Positions 37,795 to 45,145 of a DNA stretch of 57,745 bases are shown here, piece after piece. Positions within the stretch are counted from its first letter, which is position 1, and each line of letters opens with the position of its first letter. The notes below the pieces were generated by a model. That model had not been told where the DNA came from. It did not search any database and saw nothing but the letters and a program-made list of their open reading frames with translations. A program made the position numbers and the translations under genes. Source of the stretch: an uncultured Dehalococcoidaceae bacterium (lineage in GTDB: Bacteria; Chloroflexota; Dehalococcoidia; Dehalococcoidales; RBG-16-60-22); assembly GCA_964545815.1 (NCBI GenBank), contig CAZJGR010000003.1:1-57745 (forward strand). The letters are read 5' to 3'.

Positions 37795-39069
37795 TCACTC
37801 TTCCAGCAGGGGGAGGATGAGGGGTCCTTCCGGAATGACGATGATTTCCGCATCATCTCCCAGAACGGAAAAAGCCCTCTCCATGCCTTCCTCAACGGTG
37901 CGGACCGGCGTTATCATCATATCGCGGACGGTGCCGTCATCCAGATTTGAGACCAGATAAATATCCTGTTTCAGCTGGGTGCGGGCCAGTATCTGGTTTT
38001 CCCACTGCACACCGATGGGCTCTTCCCGTTTTATCTTCCGGAGCACCTCTTTGGGAGAACCGACCGAGCGGTGCAGCTCCAGGAATGCCTCTGGCCCGAT
38101 GCCGGCGCGGCATGATGAGACCGTGATTATTATGCCACCATCGCGGGTGACCTGTGAGGCGGTGTCAATGCCCTTGCAGGTCTGGTACAGGTCCAGGTCA
38201 AGTGGTGCCCCGCTGTTGGTGGTTATGGTGATGTCTGCTCTCCGGGACACTTTAACGCCGGCGATTTCCTTCTCTATCTGGCAGCCTTTCTCATGGGCCC
38301 GGAAGGGGTGGCCGGCCACAACGTGGGTGATTTCATTTCGCTTATTGAGCAGCACATTGACGATGAAATTGAGCTTGGCCATCTGTGCCTGCTCTATCAT
38401 ATCTTCGTGGATAGGGTTGCCCTGCAGAATACCGGCCCGGACCTTTGGGTGCTCTATCATCTGGTAGCCATGGTTATGGTAGGCAGAGCGGACGCTGAAC
38501 ACCCCCGGAGCGATGCTTTTCCGTCCCCCGGAAAAGCCGGCAAAGAAATGTGGCTCGATAAAGCCGGTGCTGATGCGGAAATCGGCTTCAATGACGCGGC
38601 GGTTGATGTCTACCGGTGTTCCCCGTGAGGTGGTGCCAATGTAGACGGTATCGTTCACATCGTGGTTAACGACCTTATAGCTGGCCACGATGTCTTTGCC
38701 CAGTTTTCGGGAGAGCTCAGGCTCATTCAGCGGCGGGTGCAGGCCGAGGGCGACGATAATGGTGATGTTTTCCCGCGGCACTTTGCTTTCCAGCTCGGCG
38801 AGCAGCGGCGGCAGGATGCGGTCATCAGGGCAGGGCCTGGTATTATCGGTGGCCAGGACCACCACCTTAGCGTTGGGTTTAATCAGGTCGCGCAGCGGCG
38901 GTGAATCTATCGGCGAGCGCAGGCTCTGAATGATGGCTTCTCTTTCATCAACCAGACCCCTGGCGTCCTGCCTGGTGAGAATGCAGACAATGTTCTTGGC
39001 CGGTATCCGCGCCTTTAGCGAACATTCCCCGCAGGGTAATTCAATCTCGGTCAGTTCCATTCTTGGCAT
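37795..39069 (-). CDS. LarA family nickel-pincer-cofactor-dependent 2-hydroxyacid racemase/epimerase homolog
   Basis: 424 aa. ..VVLATDNTRPCP.. (compare LarA DxTRP), ..ALGLHPP.. (His of the ATGxH motif) and ..FIEPHFFAGFSGGRKSIAPG.. (LarA catalytic His and NPN-binding Lys region). Substrate not assignable. Confidence 0.85.
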   Translation of the reverse strand: MPRMELTEIELPCGECSLKARIPAKNIVCILTRQDARGLVDEREAIIQSLRSPIDSPPLRDLIKPNAKVVVLATDNTRPCPDDRILPPLLAELESKVPRENITIIVALGLHPPLNEPELSRKLGKDIVASYKVVNHDVNDTVYIGTTSRGTPVDINRRVIEADFRISTGFIEPHFFAGFSGGRKSIAPGVFSVRSAYHNHGYQMIEHPKVRAGILQGNPIHEDMIEQAQMAKLNFIVNVLLNKRNEITHVVAGHPFRAHEKGCQIEKEIAGVKVSRRADITITTNSGAPLDLDLYQTCKGIDTASQVTRDGGIIITVSSCRAGIGPEAFLELHRSVGSPKEVLRKIKREEPIGVQWENQILARTQLKQDIYLVSNLDDGTVRDMMITPVRTVEEGMERAFSVLGDDAEIIVIPEGPLILPLLEE

Positions 39070-39122
39070 TGTGCTCCCTTGCCCAGAGTGGGGAAGAGAC
39101 AGCGATTATTTCAGCAATTGAA

Positions 39123-39500
39123 TCAGGGTTTTTTACCGGCGGTTTTAACCAGAAGCTTGGCGGCGCGAGCCGGATTGAAGATGCCGCTCACCACCACCGA
39201 AAGCCCCAGGTCTGCCTCTTTGAGGTCTTTCAGCGCTCCGGTTACTGCCTGCGGGTTGTCAAATACGGCATGGGTATCGCCACGGGTGTCCGCGATGATT
39301 TCCTCAGGCCGGTACTCATACAGGCTGCCCTTGGTCTCACAGCCAATGTTCACCGGGTTATGACGCAGGCAGATACGTAAAAACTCCTGCAATTTCGGGA
39401 TGTAGTCCGTATCATTGACGCCGATGGCTTTAAGCATCAGGATAACGTAGTCCCCGCTCAGGCTCTCCGCCGTCCCACGACGGTGCAGCGTGTGTGTCAT
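39123..39500 (-). CDS. uncharacterized protein, short paralog (125 aa) of the adjacent 205-aa gene
   Basis: MTHTLHRRGTAESLSGDYV... By hand alignment, 62 of the first 107 residues are identical to the neighbouring ORF, and the C-terminal FNPARAAKLL is shared. No family recognised. Confidence 0.75.
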   Translation of the reverse strand: MTHTLHRRGTAESLSGDYVILMLKAIGVNDTDYIPKLQEFLRICLRHNPVNIGCETKGSLYEYRPEEIIADTRGDTHAVFDNPQAVTGALKDLKEADLGLSVVVSGIFNPARAAKLLVKTAGKKP

Positions 39501-39563
39501 CGGTTCGCTCCTTGAATGCAGACGGACTTCTCGAAACTATTTACTGGTTACGAGCGCCGGCGG

Positions 39564-40181
39564 CTATTTCTTGGCCATGGCCGCCAGCAACTTGGCCGCC
39601 CGAACCGGATTAAAGATGCCGCAGGCACACTGTGGTGTCAGGACTTTGGCTGCTTCATCCGGAGTCTTCCGCCCCGCTTTGATATCGTCTACCATGGACT
39701 TAATCAGGTTGGCGGAGATCATGGCGTGCCCGCACATCGTATGGACTTCGAGAATGTCATTACTGGGCAGTTTTTCGGTCTTGCCCCAGATGCCGAGCGA
39801 GAAATTGGCGGTGTGATGTTTCAGTCCGGCCTTCGCCAGGCATTCGTCAACCTTCTCGTAAATGCCACTTATCACCACGGACATCCCCAGCCCTGCCTTT
39901 TCCAGGTCTTTGAGCACGTCAACCACCTGGTCCTGCTTGACAAAGACGGCGTGGACGATGCCGTGAGCAGACTTAACCACCTCTTCCTTGGAGTGGCTGT
40001 ACATGTTGCCCGTGGAGATGGCACCGATGTTGACCGGGTCATGGCGCAGGGCGATGCGCAGGAACTCCGCCAATTTGGGTTCATGGTTCTTATCGTTGAA
40101 GCCAATGGCCGTCAGGCAGACCAGTACATAGTCTTGACTCAAGCTCTCCGCAGTACCACGTCGATGTAAACTATGTGTCAT
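39564..40181 (-). CDS. uncharacterized protein, long paralog (205 aa) with 82-aa Cys/His-containing insert
   Basis: MTHSLHRRGTAESLSQDYV... It has the same architecture as the 125-aa neighbour plus an insert at aa 108-189 (nt 39615-39860) containing HTMCGHAM and PQCACGI. No family recognised. Confidence 0.8.
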   Translation of the reverse strand: MTHSLHRRGTAESLSQDYVLVCLTAIGFNDKNHEPKLAEFLRIALRHDPVNIGAISTGNMYSHSKEEVVKSAHGIVHAVFVKQDQVVDVLKDLEKAGLGMSVVISGIYEKVDECLAKAGLKHHTANFSLGIWGKTEKLPSNDILEVHTMCGHAMISANLIKSMVDDIKAGRKTPDEAAKVLTPQCACGIFNPVRAAKLLAAMAKK

Positions 40182-40196
40182 TCATCTCCTCCTGAT

Positions 40197-40913
40197 TTAA
40201 ACATTGGCCAGAGGCCGGCCCAGGCCAACATTCTGTTTGCCGTTGATGTAATGGGGGATTCCCATCTCGTCGAGCAGCTTGAGCAGAGGGTAGGAGCCAT
40301 CGGGTTCAGCGCGGTTGATGACCTCAACGCTGAAGACAGTATCCACTTTCTTGGCTACCTCTTTCAGGGCAGTGATGATTTCCTTGAACTTCCCGATGGG
40401 GAACATGCACTCGATGATGGCGGAGAGCACCTTTTCCTTAAGCACCTCTTGCTTGAGCTTGCCGGTCTTTTTATCTTCCATCAGGAAGGTAACCGGGTTC
40501 TTGGGCTCAAACTCCGCGCCGTGCTTGGCCAGCACCTGGGACACCTTGTCCAGGTCATAGAAGCGGGTGCCGATGCCCGGTCGGCCAAACTCGCAGCCCA
40601 GGCCGACCCAGCCGCGCTTGAAGCGGCCGGTGACATCGTTGGTCTTCATCTCCTCCGTGCCGCGGCCGGCAATCCTCGTCTCCTTGTGCTCGGTCCTGGG
40701 GTCGGAGAAGGTGTTGCGCAGGGAGCGCGGCCAGGGTGCCGGCTCGAAGACGAAGGCGTCAACGGGGCAGACCTTTGACCTGAGGCAGACGGAGCAGTCC
40801 ACGCACTCCTCCTCATCGATGACGGCCACATCATTCTTCATGCTGATAACCCCCATCGGGCAGTAGGGCAGACAGGCCTCACAGGCGATGCACAGTTCCG
40901 GGTCAATTTTCAT
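40197..40913 (-). CDS. 4Fe-4S dicluster ferredoxin domain fused to a ~170-aa domain of unknown function
   Basis: The N-terminus has CIACEACLPYCP and CVDCSVCLRSKVCP. The remainder (..RTEHKETRIAGRGTEEMKTNDVTGRFKRGW...) matches no family I recognise. Confidence 0.8.
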   Translation of the reverse strand: MKIDPELCIACEACLPYCPMGVISMKNDVAVIDEEECVDCSVCLRSKVCPVDAFVFEPAPWPRSLRNTFSDPRTEHKETRIAGRGTEEMKTNDVTGRFKRGWVGLGCEFGRPGIGTRFYDLDKVSQVLAKHGAEFEPKNPVTFLMEDKKTGKLKQEVLKEKVLSAIIECMFPIGKFKEIITALKEVAKKVDTVFSVEVINRAEPDGSYPLLKLLDEMGIPHYINGKQNVGLGRPLANV

Positions 40914-40937
40914 TCTGCACTTTTCTCCTTCAATAAT

Positions 40938-42776
40938 TTATTTTGCCAGGTCTTCAATGCCCAGCTCTTTCAAGGTCTTGGGCAGTGGCATTCCGGTTTT
41001 TCTATCCCAGCCCATCAACTGGTAGTACTGGTCCATCATCTTTTCCCAGTGAGGGGCAATGGGCTTATCTTTGTTCGGGCCGTCCACAGACTGTGAGCAG
41101 TACCTTGGTGATGGCTTCTCCTTGCCCGGCGTCAGCCCGCACTTGAGGTTGTAGATGCGCAGCAGGTTGACGATGCGCCGGCCAATCTTCATTACCTCTT
41201 CCAGGCTGATGTTCCAGCCCGTAGCGGCATTGATGGCCTCGACCTGGGTCTCGGTATCGTTGAAGCTGGTGAACCAGCACTGGACAAGGCAGTCGCTGAT
41301 GGTCATTGAGCCAGTGGAGTTAACCTCGGCCTGGACGACATGGTCCGGGTTGAAAATGTCCATGGGATTGGGCATCTTCCACAGGGCTTTGTTCACCACC
41401 AGCATCTGGGTCTGAATCGTGCCGGTGTCGGAAATCGCGGTGTCAAGCATTTCCACCCAGCGTCCCCGGTGGTCATGGCCTCTCGGCGAATTGCCTTTGC
41501 CGGTGAAGATAGCCCATTTTACCGCCTCACCGCCCAGCTTCTCGGCGGCACTTTTCACGCCTTCGGCCAGGGTATTGCCGTAGCCGCGGCGCCTGGCTAT
41601 GTTTTCCAGCAGGGCGCGGGTTGCCTCAACGTTACCCCAGGTCATTTCCAGACCGTCGAGGTCTTTCTTCTTCAGCGCGCCTTTTTCGTAGCACTCCATT
41701 ACCCAGCCCACGACCCAGCTGGCCTCATTGCAGTCCATGCCAAGGCGGTCGCATACGTTGCTGAGCATGACAGCAGCGCCGGGGTCTTTCTGCCCAATTT
41801 GTGGTCCCCAGGCGGCCCACTGCTCATACTCCGGCTCCTTGCCGAAGAAATCTTTATACGGGCCCTCGGTGACGGTCATGAGCTCGTAGTGATGGGAAGC
41901 GCAGCCATAGCACGGGTAGGTCTGGCTCTGGAAGAGCGGGCGCACCCGCTGGCCATCAAAGAGGTCTTTTTCCGGGAAGACGTTGGTCAGGTAATTCTTG
42001 ACCGGCAGCCAGCCGGCAGCTTCCGCGCCCGGCACCACCCGGCTGGTCCCCCAGTTGAAAACGCCACCGCCACCAAAGCTTTTAGCACCTTCAGTGGTCT
42101 TCTTGGCCAGCTCGCCGATTTTCGGTGCGTCAACGAACTGAAGTTTGTTGGGGGCACGCTGGGCGGCAAATGCCTTGAGCTTTTTCGAGCCGAGCACAGC
42201 ACCGACGCCGTTGTGGGCGGCGGAATGCCCCCGGTCTCCGAATAGGCCGGCAAACCGCACCATCTTCTCACCCGCCGGGCCGATGCTGAAGACGCTCATT
42301 CCCCGTTCTTTATAGCCCAGTTCTGCCTTGATGGCGTCTTCTGTTTCCCAGGTATCCTTGCCCACTAATTTGCTGGCATCCCTGAGCTCGGCGCCACCTT
42401 CATGCAGGTAGAGGTATTTCCAGGTGGGGGAAGCGCCCTGAACGACGATGGCGTCATAGCCGCACCACTTCAGGTAGGCACCGAAATTCCCGTTGGCCTG
42501 TGTTGAAGTAGCGCCGTTGGTCATGGCACCTTTAGTGGTTATGGAGATGGTGGCGCAGCCGGGAATTCGGCTGCCCCCGAGAACGCCTGAGCCGAGGAAG
42601 AAAATGTTCTTCGGGTCAGACCAGTTAAGCTTGGGGTCCACCAGTTCCATCAGATACTTGGTGCCAAGCCCGGTACCACCGAGATATTTGCGGAGCGTGG
42701 CCTCGTCCAGAGCTTCGTCCCACAGTTTACCCTGAGTCAGGTTGACTCTCAGCACTTTGCCCGTAGAACCATACAT
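40938..42776 (-). CDS. aldehyde:ferredoxin oxidoreductase family (tungstopterin) enzyme
   Basis: 612 aa. MYGSTGKVLRVNLTQGKLWDE....RKYLGGTGLGTKYL is the AOR N-terminal domain, and AOR domains 2/3 follow throughout. Confidence 0.9.
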   Translation of the reverse strand: MYGSTGKVLRVNLTQGKLWDEALDEATLRKYLGGTGLGTKYLMELVDPKLNWSDPKNIFFLGSGVLGGSRIPGCATISITTKGAMTNGATSTQANGNFGAYLKWCGYDAIVVQGASPTWKYLYLHEGGAELRDASKLVGKDTWETEDAIKAELGYKERGMSVFSIGPAGEKMVRFAGLFGDRGHSAAHNGVGAVLGSKKLKAFAAQRAPNKLQFVDAPKIGELAKKTTEGAKSFGGGGVFNWGTSRVVPGAEAAGWLPVKNYLTNVFPEKDLFDGQRVRPLFQSQTYPCYGCASHHYELMTVTEGPYKDFFGKEPEYEQWAAWGPQIGQKDPGAAVMLSNVCDRLGMDCNEASWVVGWVMECYEKGALKKKDLDGLEMTWGNVEATRALLENIARRRGYGNTLAEGVKSAAEKLGGEAVKWAIFTGKGNSPRGHDHRGRWVEMLDTAISDTGTIQTQMLVVNKALWKMPNPMDIFNPDHVVQAEVNSTGSMTISDCLVQCWFTSFNDTETQVEAINAATGWNISLEEVMKIGRRIVNLLRIYNLKCGLTPGKEKPSPRYCSQSVDGPNKDKPIAPHWEKMMDQYYQLMGWDRKTGMPLPKTLKELGIEDLAK

Positions 42777-42793
42777 GCTTTAAACTCCTCCTT

Positions 42794-43138
42794 TCATCCC
42801 CCATAAAAGCCTGGGGTTAGTTTTACATTGTCTCCTTCTTTAAGCTCAGTATTGAGGGCATGAAGCGAAGATAAAAAGGTGCCGTTATAAATCACGGCAC
42901 AGTAGTCAAGCAAATTTTGTTTGGCATCGATAAAGGCTTTCTGCCTGAACTTGGGATATTTCCTGGCCAGCTGTTGCAGCAAATCCATTATTGACGAACC
43001 CCGGGCAACTTCCTGGTCGAAAATCAGCTTGTCCCAGCCTTCATGGCCGAAGTCCTCCTTAAGCCAGGCCATAACCTCAATGCTGACCTTTATTTTTGTC
43101 CTTGCTTTAACCCCGGTTCCAGACACACCCGCTTCCAT
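42794..43138 (-). CDS. MoaD/ThiS-like ubiquitin-fold protein with C-terminal Gly-Gly
   Basis: 114 aa ending ..LKEGDNVKLTPGFYGG. Located immediately upstream of the AOR gene. Confidence 0.7.
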   Translation of the reverse strand: MEAGVSGTGVKARTKIKVSIEVMAWLKEDFGHEGWDKLIFDQEVARGSSIMDLLQQLARKYPKFRQKAFIDAKQNLLDYCAVIYNGTFLSSLHALNTELKEGDNVKLTPGFYGG

Positions 43139-43187
43139 ACCGGTCCCAGTTTCCTGTTTGGTCGATATGCGGAATGTAAGTTAAATG

Positions 43188-43955
43188 TTATGATTGTCCC
43201 CGTGCCATCTGTAGATATTCGCGCCCTGACTTCACCAGCATCGTTACGGCATTGTAAGTGATGAACTTGAAGCCCTGTTCCTGGCGCAGTTTCAGCGTTT
43301 CCGCATCATAGGCGATAGTGCCGGTCGCCCTGCCGGCAGCGTGAATCTCCTTGACGAGTTTGGCAATCATTTTATGCACTTCAGGGTGGTTCTGCTGACC
43401 GGTGTAACCCATGGCTGCGGACAGGTCGTTCGGGCCGATGAAGACAATGTCGACGCCGGGAACGGTCAGTATCTCTTTGAGGTTTTCCACCGCCTCCATG
43501 GTCTCTATCTGCACGATGACCAGGTTCTGGCGGTTTGCTTCCTCTACGTACTTGGCTGTCGGCCCCCACATTCCCCAGTTGTTAGCCCTGACCCCGGCCA
43601 GACCTCTCCGGCCCACCGGCCGGTACCTGACCGAACGCACCACATTTTCCACGTCCGCCTTGGTATTGAGCAGCGGCAGCTGAACGCCCAGTGCCCCCAT
43701 GTCAAGGTAGCGCAGAATGTTCTGCTGGATGTTCATGGCAATGCGAACCAGTGGTGTGATATTGACCACATCGGCGGCCCGTATCATCTGCTCACAGGTC
43801 TCCAGACCCATGGGGCCATGCTCGGCATCTATTAGGGCGAAATCAAAGCCAAGATGACCGATGACTTCGACAATGGCGGGGGAGGGGATATTGATGAAGA
43901 CACCGTAGGCGGTTTCGCCGGCCAGGATTTTCTCCTTGGTCAGGTTCTTTCTCAT
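43188..43955 (-). CDS. HpcH/HpaI family 2-keto-3-deoxy-acid aldolase
   Basis: 255 aa. ..GVFINIPSPAIVEVIGHLGFDFALIDAEHGP.......R......TPLVR......I.R.LD.GA.GV..P is the class II pyruvate aldolase pattern. Confidence 0.88.
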   Translation of the reverse strand: MRKNLTKEKILAGETAYGVFINIPSPAIVEVIGHLGFDFALIDAEHGPMGLETCEQMIRAADVVNITPLVRIAMNIQQNILRYLDMGALGVQLPLLNTKADVENVVRSVRYRPVGRRGLAGVRANNWGMWGPTAKYVEEANRQNLVIVQIETMEAVENLKEILTVPGVDIVFIGPNDLSAAMGYTGQQNHPEVHKMIAKLVKEIHAAGRATGTIAYDAETLKLRQEQGFKFITYNAVTMLVKSGREYLQMARGQS

Positions 43956-43996
43956 GCTTCTTTCTTACCCTTCTTTCCAAAACCTAAACTGCTGGT

Positions 43997-44026
43997 ATGT
44001 TAGCACAGGCCTATTTTATTTGTCAA
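43997..44026 (-). promoter_or_regulatory. candidate promoter of the long reverse-strand catabolic operon
   Basis: On the reverse strand: TTGACA (44026-44021), an 18-nt spacer, then TAACAT (44002-43997), about 40 nt upstream of the aldolase ATG at 43955. Confidence 0.4.
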
Positions 44027-44079
44027 AAATAGGGTCGCTTTATTTTAAAGTGCCGTGGTTAAAAAGGGAAGGTCAATCG

Positions 44080-44088
44080 TGCTATAAT
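44080..44088 (+). promoter_or_regulatory. candidate extended -10 element (TGcTATAAT) for the Trm112-like gene
   Basis: TGCTATAAT at 44080-44088. The first in-frame ATG (44096) is only 7 nt downstream, so the transcript would be leaderless, or translation starts at the second ATG (44111). Confidence 0.35.
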
Positions 44089-44095
44089 CGGGGTT

Positions 44096-44278
44096 ATGAA
44101 AAGAGGGCTTATGGACATCCTGGTCTGTCCGGTGTGCAAGGGGGAACTGCAATTAACGGTGGCTGAAGAAAACGAAGAGGAAATTGTCAGCGGCAAACTG
44201 AACTGTGGCAAATGCAGGGTGGACTACCCGATTGTGGATACCATCCCCAACCTGCTGCCGCCAGACCAGCGCGATTAG
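44096..44278 (+). CDS. Trm112/UPF0434 family zinc-ribbon protein
   Basis: 60 aa. MDILVCPVCKGELQL.....L.CGKCRVDYPIVDTIPNLL is the Trm112p-like pattern. Confidence 0.8.
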   Translation: MKRGLMDILVCPVCKGELQLTVAEENEEEIVSGKLNCGKCRVDYPIVDTIPNLLPPDQRD

Positions 44279-44646
44279 TCAGGCCGGTAGGTGGCACCGC
44301 TCTGGGGAGATTCCCAGACCTCAACGCTGGAGACAGAGACCGGTGTCCCGGCCAGCTTTTCCCCGAGTTCACGGTAGATTATCGTGGCCAGGTGCTCGGA
44401 GGAGGGGTTTATTTCGTCAAATGGTGGCACGTCATTGAGGCAGGTGTGGTCAAATTTGCCTAGGACGTCATTCAGGTGTTTTTTCAGCTCGGTGAAGTCG
44501 TAGGCTATGCCGGCGTCATCGAGCTTATCAGCATTTACCTTGGCCACCACGCGAAAACGATGTCCGTGCAGCGCCTCGCACTTTCCACGGTAACCGCGCA
44601 GGAAGTGGGCGGCATCAAAATGGCTTTCGACGGCTATTTCATACAT
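44275..44646 (-). CDS. 6-pyruvoyl-tetrahydropterin synthase family protein (QueD / PTPS paralog)
   Basis: 123 aa. MYEIAVESHFDAAHFLRGYRGKCEALHGHRFRV.. carries the CxxxHGH motif of QueD/PTPS. It is the last gene of the folP-folK-PTPS operon. Confidence 0.85.
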   Translation of the reverse strand: MYEIAVESHFDAAHFLRGYRGKCEALHGHRFRVVAKVNADKLDDAGIAYDFTELKKHLNDVLGKFDHTCLNDVPPFDEINPSSEHLATIIYRELGEKLAGTPVSVSSVEVWESPQSGATYRPD

Positions 44647-44661
44647 GTCTGAACCTGTCTA

Positions 44662-45144
44662 TTACAGCTTGAGGACTCCCTGTTTTTCAGTAACGCTCTG
44701 GAGCAGTTCTTTTACCGTCTTGCCCGCTACCGGGTGAACGAGGTCAGAAGCAATTTCATCCAGGGGGATGAGGACAAAAGCTCTTTCCGTCATTTTGGGG
44801 TGAGGGATTACCAGCTCCGGCGTCTTAATGACCTGGTCGCCATAGAGAAGGATATCGATGTCTATGGTTCGTGGTGCACCCGATTTACCGACCCGGCCCA
44901 GCTTGAGCTCAATCCCCTTGGCCAGCGCCAGCAGTCCGGCTGGTTCCAGGTGGGTGAATGCCTGGCACACCAGGTTGAGGAATCGGGGCTGGCTGCTGTC
45001 ACCCAGTGGTTCGGTATCGTAAATAGATGAGATTTTGCCCATGCGCAGACGCTGAGATAAAAATTCCAGCGCCCTATCCAGGTTGGCCTGACGGTCTCCC
45101 AGGTTTGAGCCCAGGCCAAGATATACGGTTACTGCTTCAGTCAC
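44662..45144 (-). CDS. folK: 2-amino-4-hydroxy-6-hydroxymethyldihydropteridine diphosphokinase
   Basis: 160 aa. VYLGLGSNLGDR.ANL..A...L.........S.IY.TEP.G...QP.FLN........RTIDIDILLY....I....L.IPHP. Confidence 0.9.
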   Translation of the reverse strand: MTEAVTVYLGLGSNLGDRQANLDRALEFLSQRLRMGKISSIYDTEPLGDSSQPRFLNLVCQAFTHLEPAGLLALAKGIELKLGRVGKSGAPRTIDIDILLYGDQVIKTPELVIPHPKMTERAFVLIPLDEIASDLVHPVAGKTVKELLQSVTEKQGVLKL

Positions 45145-45145
45145 G

